NCBI RefSeq assembly: GCF_006345805.1 | Contig: NC_042998.1 | Location: forward strand, 64,232,001-64,296,000 | Reading direction: 5' to 3' | Length of the DNA: 64,000 nt | Source of the DNA: Octopus sinensis | Taxonomy: Eukaryota | In this document: positions 54,021 through 64,000 of the stretch, one piece after another | Numbering within the stretch: position 1 is the first letter of the stretch | Layout: each line of letters starts with the position of its first letter | Notes under the pieces: generated by a model | What the model was told of the DNA's origin: nothing | The model's input: the letters and a program-made list of their open reading frames with translations, nothing else | Database searches by the model: none | Position numbers and translations under genes: made by a program

Positions 54021-54560
54021 ATACGAAGGAAAGTTAAAACTATACACACTTTTGTTTTATCAATGCATTTACACAAAAGCAGAGGATAAAGAAATACACC
54101 ATTTTCTATATAGTCTCTTTCCTTCTCGATACACTTGGTCCAGCGGTCCACATGCGTGCGTATTCCCTCCAAGGTTCTCGTTTTGCAACCATTTATGCAC
54201 CGCGTTCATCACATCGTAAACTATATCAGAGCGGTCCAAAAATATGATAGTCGGAAAAGGCAAGGTCCTGTCTGTAGCCACCTAAAAGCCCAAATGGTTT
54301 ATGGCTTCAGCAGTCTGCGCGGCATGTGTGAGCGTTCATTGCCATACAACAACAACACATTCTGAGGCAGCAGGCTTCGACGTTTGAGGTGAACTGCTGG
54401 CCTTAGATTGTTGGCCAGCAAAGCAGTGTTTCTTGCAATGTTGATCGTACAGCTCCCTTCCACAGAAATCGAATCATCGCTCGTTATTTTTCTTTTGTGA
54501 TTATTGCTTAAAACGTAAAGCCAGGAAGAAAAATAGCGTGATCAAGGTCAAACGCCTATC
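54021..54560 (-). mobile_element. Mariner transposase C-terminal remnant
   Basis: EGIRTHVDRWTKCIEKERDYIE resembles the mariner RWxKCVxxxGxYVE terminus. Confidence 0.65.
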
Positions 54561-54696
54561 ATGTGACGAGAGTAGTACCAAATATAAGCACGCCTTCGCA
54601 GATGACAGTGTGACAATAATAAAGATATGTTATGACGAAAATGCAGATAATGTTTGATTTCACCACCTCTCTCTCTCCCCTTCCATCTCTCTCTCT

Positions 54697-54805
<109 letters not shown>

Positions 54806-55057
54806 TATATAATTATACATCAAACTAAGGAACAAACCTGTACCCTCGAAAAGATGGAAAACATCCAATTCTACCGGTACTTCAGTCAAATTTCACAAAA
54901 GGTTTTAATTACAATATACCAATATTAAAGGAAATAGAAGAATACAATTGACATAATAAGCATTTTATATTATAATATATTATGATATACTATAAAAAGA
55001 TATAATAAAATATATTATGACACAATATAATATAACAAATATTTAATAAAAAATTGA

Positions 55058-55120
55058 ATCCAACAATTAATATCGACTCATATCCACTAGTGAATTTATG
55101 CATAAGAGTCTCCTCAGGGT
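55058..55120 (-). ncRNA. Degenerate hammerhead motif
   Basis: ACC CUGAGGA GACUC...GAGUC GAUA UUAAUU GUU GGA. Perfect 5-bp stem II; GAAA is mutated. Confidence 0.45.
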
Positions 55121-57721
55121 GATATTTGATAAAGAATCATGCAAAACCCCATGCAAGGATTGCTAAATTATAAAATAGACTCATTCAAAATTTACCTATG
55201 TCTGCATGAGTGAGCGTCAATAATTTTAAAATATGATAAATACCATAACAACAAAAAAAATTCAAATAGATTACATAGTCAAATAAAGAAAAATTACAAC
55301 GGTCATAAACTGTTCTTATGGATCTCCAAAAATATTAATCTAAGGTTATTTTAATCGAAAATAATCACTAGAGATTGTATATAATAAGACCTATATATGT
55401 TAAAATTTCATGGTGAAGTAGGAAATATATTTTATTTTAAATTAATATACACTGTGACAAAAAATATAAGGATACATCTTATTCGGGCACTAAATTGATT
55501 AAAGTTTTAATCAACGATTCATTTACTCAAAAGTTTCTACTAAATATGCCGATGTTAAATAAACGATGTAGATTTAACGAAAGCACAGACAATATATTTA
55601 CTGAGTTGCGTTATTAAACTGTAAGGTGGCGAAAAACTTAATATTATTAACGGCAAACAGTGCTTCGGTATAAGCAATCATCAGGTTAGCTAAAATTTAT
55701 TTATGGAATATTTCAACTTCTAAAAGCAATTAAAGGTGGAGGGAAAAACCGTCATATGGTAAAACGTGCACAACTCCATAAAGGCTCAATGAAATTCTGG
55801 ATATTTATTTCATGCATCATAGATTGCATTAATAACGGGTGTCTACAAAATATATGCTTCTTCCAGCAATGCCAAAAGACGCTGGTGTTACATGCAACAT
55901 ATGCATTTTACTGGCCTTTAGTGTACCACTTGTTTTCACTCGCCAACCGTGTAACACTATCCTCAACATGCAAAACCAGCCTTAAAAACAAGAAATAGGT
56001 CGTTTTATTATTCATCATCGACAATTAAGATTCCTATGCGAATGTGCATTGAATATTTCATAGAAAATATTGCTGGATTTCGGAATAATATCGTTACTAA
56101 TAAAATCTTTTGTACGTGATCGCATTCTATTTCATTGGGGTGTGTTTTACTAAGGATTAAAAATATGATTTAATGTCTGCACATTCGTTACAAACCATTA
56201 CTACGGCATAAATTGATTCTTGGTATTCCATTTGTGTGCCTTCGATTTACAGTTTCGCGGCTGCTGATCTGATAATCAATTTTGTATAGGCTAGATTGTA
56301 TTATAACGGCATGAAATTAATATGGTGTCTTTACTATGTATGTATGGGTAGAGACATCTCGATAAGAGATATTGAAATATATATATATTAGGAACAATAC
56401 GTGACGCATTTATCTACATTGATAACCACAAAACGCATCTGTAGAGTGATATGTGCTACGCGCGCACACTCACACACGTGTTTTTATATTCGCTCAGAAC
56501 GTAATGGACCTCGTTCATTACAATGTTCGATTCTACGGCAAACCGTTTTAGAATGTAATAAATGCATCTTAGTGTTGAAAGTCTAGAAAGATGAGTTATT
56601 TATTCAAGAAACTTGTATGTAGGGATATAACGAAATGAAAAAGAGCGTGTACATTGTCCATTACGGATATCTCTTACATGAACATTACTGGTTTCACAAT
56701 TTCCTGACTTTCAGAGTAGTTTGAGATGAAGAGATATAGTGCTAAGCCACAATAGCCGTCGTTCTTTCCAGTGTTTGAAATTATATACTGACACATATCG
56801 TAATCATTTTAAATACAGTTTCATTGTTTGAAGATTATAATAGTGTCCGTGGTAGAAAGTAAACATATGATATCCATGTAATTTATTCAAAACTATGTAT
56901 CGAATGACTCATCAATTTTTGGTGGATTTGTAGTAGACTTCATTGAAAATGACGTATGCAAGTCAAAATATTTGGATGCATGTATATATGATCATTATAA
57001 TATATACACGCACGCACACACACACGCATATATTTATACGAATAATACTAATAGAAATAATAACAATAATATTGATTGAATGTATAATCCAAAATAAGTA
57101 AAATTCATCTGAAAAAATAGTGCACCCAATACAGAAACAAGTAAACAAAACAGTTACATATAATTGAAATCAGAATAAAGGCATTTAAGACGGACGATTC
57201 AGCTGTAATACCAGTAGAGGTGATTATATAACCAGCAGTCCAACGAATAGAGGCCGCTAACACCTACAAGCAAATACCAACGTAGGGCGCTTGTTTGAAT
57301 CAGTTTACTTTGAAAAGGCCGTGACTCCTGGATCCTTGATGAAATTGCAACAACTAGAGTGCGTAGTGGAGTCACTGCAGTCGAAACCTATGGAGGTCAG
57401 ATGCATATGCTGTCGGAACCTTTTAAGTAAAGAAGCATCTGGATCTGAATACAATCTGTACTCTCCTCTACAAGTTCAACATTGTTGAATACTCTACGGT
57501 ATATTTCCAGTTCTGAATAGGAACAAATAATTACCCAACGAGGGAAATTTACTAGTACAAGTATATTTTTGTAAGCTTGAGGAGGATGTAATAGATCGTT
57601 GAGCATAGCCGGTATTTAAACAAATTTGAGTGATAATACCTTATCCATTACGATAGCATCCCATCCATACTCTCTCTTTCTCAGTCTTTATGTAAATCTC
57701 TCCCTGTATATAGACTCTTTA

Positions 57722-57806
57722 GACTCTGTTGAAGGCGAGAGCCACACCCAAGTACCTTCATTTATGTGGGGTACAGTGACGTCTTGGCAGAAACAGCTGT
57801 AAGAAA
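57722..57806 (+). ncRNA. Degenerate hammerhead motif (CUGUUGA core)
   Basis: CU CUGUUGA AGGCGAGA...UCUUGGCA GAAAC AGCU GUA AG. Palindromic stem-III loop, followed by ACTACTGGTAC. Confidence 0.5.
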
Positions 57807-58331
57807 CTGTTCTTATTTCCCTATTCCAGAAACTACTGGTACTTTATATATGTAAAAACAATTTTTATACTTGTATTTATATTCTCATAAGTGTTTAAAA
57901 TACATAGACATTATAATGCCTAATAGGTGATGCATACCACCTCTTGATCCCATCCATTTTCTTCTTGTCGTATATATATATATATATTATATATATATAT
58001 ATATAATATATATATATATATGCACCCACACTTGTCCTATGTTTCTTCTTATATGTATTCGTAAGTTATGTATGCATGTAAGTAAGTATGTATGTTTGTG
58101 TGTGGATGTGTACAGTTGTGTCTTTCAGTTGAAGGGTTGAAAAGGCATGTCTAAAGACTTGATACTGCGCCACCTGTTCCTTCTGCTGGCTGGCTCAGCT
58201 GTGTATTATGCAATAGAATGTGCAAGTCTTTAGCCGCGCTCAAGAACCACACAAGAGCCTCATATTGCATCATCTATGACACATTTCAAAGATTCTTTCT
58301 ATCAATCACTTTCACTGTATACAACAAAGCA

Positions 58332-58374
<43 letters not shown>

Positions 58375-58559
58375 TAAGCAATAAGGGTTTAGCAACGAAT
58401 TGCCTTACCACATACCGAATTTAGAAATAGCAGTCAAAGGGTTATAGCTATTTCTTCTACTAAAAAGGGAGATCTCAGTAAAAACAGCAATTGGAAGGCT
58501 GACACAAACAGGTAAGAGAGAATGAATTAACTGCAATCTATCAAACATTTTTAAAGTTA

Positions 58560-58666
58560 TCCACGGACGTACGTTTCGAAATCAAGTTTTTAGGAAAGCA
58601 TAAGAATTAAATATTAAATATTAAATAATTCTATCTTACCGAAACTTCTTTTCTCTTCAGCGTAGA
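58560..58666 (-). ncRNA. Type-I hammerhead ribozyme (canonical core) in the inverted arm
   Basis: UCUACG CUGAAGA GAAA-AG-AAGUUU...AAACUU-GA-UUUC GAAAC GUAC GUC CGUGGA. Confidence 0.88.
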
Positions 58667-59171
58667 ATACTATAATCATAAATTTAAAAATGTTTGATAG
58701 ATTGCAGTTAATTCATTCTCTCTTACCTGTTTGTGTCAGCCTTCCAATTGCTGTTTTTACTGAGATCTCCCTTTTTAGTAGAAGAAATAGCTATAACCCT
58801 TTGACTGCTATTTCTAAATTCGGTATGTGGTAAGGCAATTCGTTGCTAAACCCTTATTGCTTAGTATTACTTAAATTTTCCTCGAATGAGGCTTTTACAT
58901 GCCGAAGACTACTTGGTGTAATGATAATTATTCCAAATTAATTAATTTCACCCTTCATTATTACGGATAACCATATTGTATCTCAGTAGATGACCACAGC
59001 ATCTTGTTTTGGCTACACGCGGGTGGGGAGGGGCTGTTGACACAATCGTTTCATTCACAAATTTGAATTCGGTGATACTAGTTGCGGATTCTGGCTCGCT
59101 CTGATACTGAGTTGAGTTGGTGCCTCCTAGTATCTCAAAATTCAATATATAATCATTTATGATTATAGTAT

Positions 59172-59278
59172 TCTACGCTGAAGAGAAAAGAAGTTTCGGT
59201 AAGATAGAATTATTTAATATTTAATATTTAATTCTTATGCTTTCCTAAAAACTTGATTTCGAAATGTACGTCCGTGGA
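59172..59278 (+). ncRNA. Type-I hammerhead ribozyme (GAAAU variant)
   Basis: As at 58560-58666 but with GAAAU GUAC GUC. Predicted cleavage after 59272. Confidence 0.82.
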
Positions 59279-59772
59279 TAACTTTAAAAATGTTTGATAG
59301 ATTGCAGTTAATTCATTCTCTCTTACCTGTTTGTGTCAGCCTTCCAATTGCTGTTTTTACTGAGATCTCCCTTTTTAGTAGAAGAAATAGCTATAACCCT
59401 TTGACTGCTATTTCTAAATTCGGTATGTGGTAAGGCAATTCGTTGCTAAACCCTTATTGCTTAGTATTACTTAAATTTTCCTCGAATGAGGCTTTTACAT
59501 GCCGAAGACTACTTGGTGTAATTGATAATTATTCCAAATTAATTAATTTCACCCTTCATTATTACGGATAACCATATTGTATCTCAGTAGATGACCACAG
59601 CATCTTGTTTTGGCTACACGCGGGTGGGGAGGGGCTGTTGACACAATCGTTTCATTCACAAATTTGAATTCGGTGATACTAGTTGCGGATTCTGGCTCGC
59701 TCTGATACTGAGTTGAGTTGGTGCCTCCTAGTATCTCAAAATTCAATATATAATCATTTATGATTATAGTAT

Positions 59773-59879
59773 TCTACGCTGAAGAGAAAAGAAGTTTCGG
59801 TAAGATAGAATTATTTAATATTTAATATTTAATTCTTATGCTTTCCTAAAAACTTGATTTCGAAATGTACGTCCGTGGA
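59773..59879 (+). ncRNA. Type-I hammerhead ribozyme (GAAAU variant)
   Basis: Same as 59172-59278. Predicted cleavage after 59873. Confidence 0.82.
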
Positions 59880-60373
59880 TAACTTTAAAAATGTTTGATA
59901 GATTGCAGTTAATTCATTCTCTCTTACCTGTTTGTGTCAGCCTTCCAATTGCTGTTTTTACTGAGATCTCCCTTTTTAGTAGAAGAAATAGCTATAACCC
60001 TTTGACTGCTATTTCTAAATTCGGTATGTGGTAAGGCAATTCGTTGCTAAACCCTTATTGCTTAGTATTACTTAAATTTTCCTCGAATGAGGCTTTTACA
60101 TGCCGAAGACTACTTGGTGTAATTGATAATTATTCCAAATTAATTAATTTCACCCTTCATTATTACGGATAACCATATTTTATCTCAGTAGATGACCACA
60201 GCATCTTGTTTTGGCTACACGCGGGTGGGAAGGGGCTGTTGACACAATCGTTTCATTCACAAATTTGAATTCGGTGATACTAGTTGCGGATTCTGGCTCG
60301 CTCTGATACTGAGTTGAGTTGGTGCCTCCTAGTATCTCAAAATTCAATATATAATCATTTATGATTATAGTAT

Positions 60374-60480
60374 TCTACGCTGAAGAGAAAAGAAGTTTCG
60401 GTAAGATAGAATTATTTAATATTTAATATTTAATTCTTATGCTTTCCTAAAAACTTGATTTCGAAACGTACGTCCGTGGA
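60374..60480 (+). ncRNA. Type-I hammerhead ribozyme (canonical core)
   Basis: CUGAAGA at 60380-60386; GAAAC GUAC GUC at 60463-60474; stem I UCUACG/CGUGGA. Confidence 0.88.
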
Positions 60481-60796
60481 TAACTTTAAAAATGTTTGAT
60501 AGATTGCAGTTAATTCATTCTCTCTTACCTGTTTGTGTCAGCCTTCCAATTGCTGTTTTTACTGAGATCTCCCTTTTTAGTAGAAGAAATAGCTATAACC
60601 CTTTGACTGCTATTTCTAAATTCGGTATGTGGTAAGGCAATTCGTTGCTAAACCCTTATTGCTTAGTATTACTTAAATTTTCCTCGAATGAGGCTTTTAC
60701 ATGCCGAAGACTACTTGGTGTAATTGATAATTATTCCAAATTAATTAATTTCACCCTTCATTATTACGGATAACTATATATATATATATATATATA

Positions 60797-61192
60797 AAAT
60801 TTAATAAGAGTAGAAATTGATATTAATCAATTAAAACCAGTGGCCTGGCATATTAAAAAAATCCGAAGATTAAAATATTTTTACATACAAAATTTAGAGG
60901 ACTGACCACTGAAAGTGGATGGTCAACATGCTAGATATAGACGTCAAATCGCCATGTTCCACAAAATAGATTGCGGGTATTCACATGCGTGGATAATAAC
61001 AATCGAAACTGATCAGTACATAAGTAACGACTTTTATTTCGTATATTTTCATTTGTCTTGCTTATTTTTAAGACTTTGGTTCGTGTTGGTTTTTTATTTG
61101 AGAACATATTTTTTGTGAAAAATAGCGATTTGACGTCTATATCTAGCATGTTGACCGTCCACTTTTAGTGGTCAGTCCTTTAAATTTTGTAT

Positions 61193-61198
<6 letters not shown>
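60797..61198. mobile_element. Short inverted-arm element in (TA)n containing the 3' half of an HHR
   Basis: ~60878-60968 is the reverse complement of ~61108-61198. GAUUG...CAAUC GAAAC UGAUCA GUA at 60969-61018. Confidence 0.7.
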
Positions 61199-61223
<25 letters not shown>

Positions 61224-61945
61224 CATAAGTGGACATAGTCCCAGACGCTCCAGACAATTCCAAAGTTGTGCTCTGCATTTACATATAAATAAAAGTTAGA
61301 CGGTGCCCACGCAGCAATATTATCCTCAATAAGAGCTGATGATCATCTTTTGGTATAGCCAACGCCGAAAATTACGTTGTATCGTGATTATCCATTAACC
61401 CATTAGACTACGCCTACATTTTCGTGATATAACTTTTGCGTAGCCTCACCTGTTGGACAGTTTTGTATCTCCACTCCACATCCTATACTTTTTGCATGCT
61501 TTATGTGATTCTAAGTCTAACGTATCAAAATGTACTTACAGTATGGAATATTTTAGCTTAAGACCGTTCAGTGCATTTATACATTTCATTTGCTATTATG
61601 TCCGACTTTTAACGTATTTTCAATATATTTTTTTTGTCTCTTGATGAGGATTATATCTCACAGTGTTTCAATGAACGTATTGTATTCAATTTATTTTTTA
61701 CTTACAGCCAAAGCTTATCTTCTCAGGTCCATTTACTTTCATTATGGAATTCTTTGATCAATACCTATCTTATCTATGCACTTATGTCTCCGTTCCTGGA
61801 AGTATTTTATGGCTTTGCTTTGTTTTACCACACACTCAATGCGTCGACATGAATGTGTTTATTTTATTCCTTTTCTTCTCATATTGACATTTTACGAACC
61901 AATATGCTAACATTAAGCTTTCATTTCCAACTATCGAAATTGTTC

Positions 61946-62102
61946 GAGTGGCTGTGTGGTAAGTAGCTTGCTTAGCAACCACATGGTTTAGGTTCAGTCG
62001 CACTGCGTGGAACTTTGGGCAAGTGTCTTTTACTATAGCCTCGGGCCGACCAAAGCCTTGTGAGTGATTTGGTAGGTGGAATCTGAATGAAGCCTGTCGT
62101 AT

Positions 62103-62156
<54 letters not shown>

Positions 62157-62385
62157 ATATATGTATATAAGTATATGTGTATATATGTTTGTGTGTCTGT
62201 GTTTGTCCCCCTAACATCGCTTGACAAACGATGCTGGTGTGTCCTCTTCCCCGTAAATTAGCGGTTCAGCAAAAGAGACCGAAATAATAACTACTAAGCT
62301 TAAAAATTGATGGGGTCGATTTGCTCGACTAAAGGCAGTGCTCTAGCATGGCCACAGTCAAATGACTGAAAGAAGTAAACGAGTA
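61946..62385 (+). mobile_element. Full-length tRNA-derived SINE with internal microsatellite
   Basis: TGGCTGTGTGGTAAG (A-box) and GGTTCAGTC (B-box-like), a (TA)n middle, and tail ...GCATGGCCACAGTCAAATGACTGAAA. Confidence 0.8.
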
Positions 62386-62695
62386 TGGGCATATTTTCTA
62401 TTAGTGAAAGTTTTACAAAATATATATTACTCTCCCTACTCTCTCCCGCTTTCGATAAATAAGTATATATACATATTTACATACATATACATATGCATAC
62501 ACTTACACATACATACTCTCACATACACGCATACGCATGCTGACGTAGAAAAAGTGAGGAAGCGGGAGACGTTAGGCAGTGAGAAATGCAACTGCAGAAT
62601 ATGATGGTGCAATGCTTGCAATAAACAGCTATCAGACGTGAAGGGAGAAAATAACCAAACATCAGAATACGTATATCTATACACACACACACATG

Positions 62696-62760
<65 letters not shown>

Positions 62761-63534
62761 CGAGAGAGAGAGAGAAAGTTAGAAACGGCTTCCATGTACA
62801 AGTGAAGTCAGAAAATCCTCCACACAACGGTCGCATGTAATTTCGAAGAGCCATCAGGAGAAATTATGTGCAGCTGTGGTACCTTCCTATGGACGGCTCT
62901 ACTCCGCACAGACCCCGCTCACTAATGTAAGGACATACCTACTAGTTTGTCTGACTAGTATTCAAACTCAAATTCATTTAAAGATTATCACCTCTCCAGG
63001 CAGATTTCGTCGTATCTTTTCAGCTATATCTAATTGTTGGCCCTTGCACTGTATTCAAGATGGCGATTGCTTGACGATGTTTGATGCACAGCAATAGCAG
63101 CCACCGTTAATGCCTGGTTCTAGTAAACCACCTGCATCCATACTCTACATGAATGTGTATTGCAATCCAACTAGCAATCATAAAGTCTTCTTTTAGAGTC
63201 TCATTAAGCTCGTCTCTCCAAACTTTAGCCGAATCTACACTAAAACATTAATTCAACAAGGCACATGATCTTACGTTCATCAAACCGTATTCACTCATCG
63301 GGCTGCTTCTCCGTTACTCTTAAAATGAGGTGTTTACATCTTAAAATATTTGCTCCCATCTTCCAATCTCCCTCCCAATTGCCATCATTTACAGCTTTGT
63401 CCTATTTTGAGTATGTTCTTGATCTTGACAAACTAAACTTTTCTACACTTATGTTTTTTCCGTTGATAATTTCCATCTACATAGTAGCGGCACCATAGAG
63501 CATAGTCAAGTATTCCTTTTGTCCCCATGTATAT

Positions 63535-63609
<75 letters not shown>

Positions 63610-63792
63610 TATAGGTATATATATGTATACATATGAGATGCAAAATTATATAAGTACTAGAGCTATGTTAACTAAACTACACGCACAAATATAAAACGTA
63701 ATATGCAGCTCTGCTCCGCCAGATTCTTCCCTTCCGTTACACATAAACACACATATGCATATAAATATATGTGCGTGTTTATACTTATATAC

Positions 63793-63868
<76 letters not shown>

Positions 63869-64000
63869 GTGTGTGTGTTTATATATATCATTGCGCGTGT
63901 GTATATATATGTATATTATATATTTATATCTACAAAGTATATATGCTGTTTGTATGCGTGTGTATATATGTGTGTATATGTGTGTATGTGTGTGCGTGTG

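Larger units (their letters stand above)
58372..60774 (+). mobile_element. Tandem array of a 601-bp hammerhead-containing monomer (~3.5 copies) with a 5' inverted arm, inserted in (TA)n
   Basis: Near-identical direct copies at 58683-60774 with a 601-bp period. 58372-58683 is an inverted copy. (TA)n on both flanks. Confidence 0.92.

Noticed and set aside
58948-59746. Repeated 65-aa minus-strand ORF in the 601-bp monomer
   Set aside because: Non-ATG start, no recognisable domain, antisense to the ribozyme. It recurs only because the DNA is repeated.
60079-60125. Possible second HHR in the 601 monomer (CGAAUGA GGC..GCC GAAG)
   Set aside because: Both core boxes deviate and no convincing stem I or stem III forms. 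It overlaps the shared 3' motif instead.
62780-63500. Possible decayed LINE on the minus strand
   Set aside because: Composition is suggestive but no motif was clear enough to assign.

Overview
AT-rich, microsatellite-dense animal genomic DNA. It is probably from an octopus or other coleoid cephalopod; that is inferred from the SINE families, not proven. No host protein-coding gene can be supported, and most ORFs in the track are (TA)n/(TG)n/(TATC)n/(TTA)n artefacts. The window holds many decayed mobile elements: Penelope-like (PLE, GIY-YIG/RT) remnants, a Hero-like and an R4/Dong-like RLE LINE, Tx1-like and RTE LINE fragments, Tc1/mariner elements and tRNA-derived SINEs. The standout signal is a non-coding ribozyme system. 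About 17 type-I hammerhead ribozyme (HHR) motifs, from intact to degenerate, occur in several sequence families. They include two young tandem arrays (533-bp and 601-bp monomers, one HHR per monomer) that sit at (TA)n tracts and end in an inverted arm. In three insertions one arm starts within about 20 nt of the predicted cleavage site. Several families share a short downstream motif. This fits non-autonomous, PLE-mobilised retrozyme-like elements. All RNA structures were paired by eye and need computational and biochemical confirmation.
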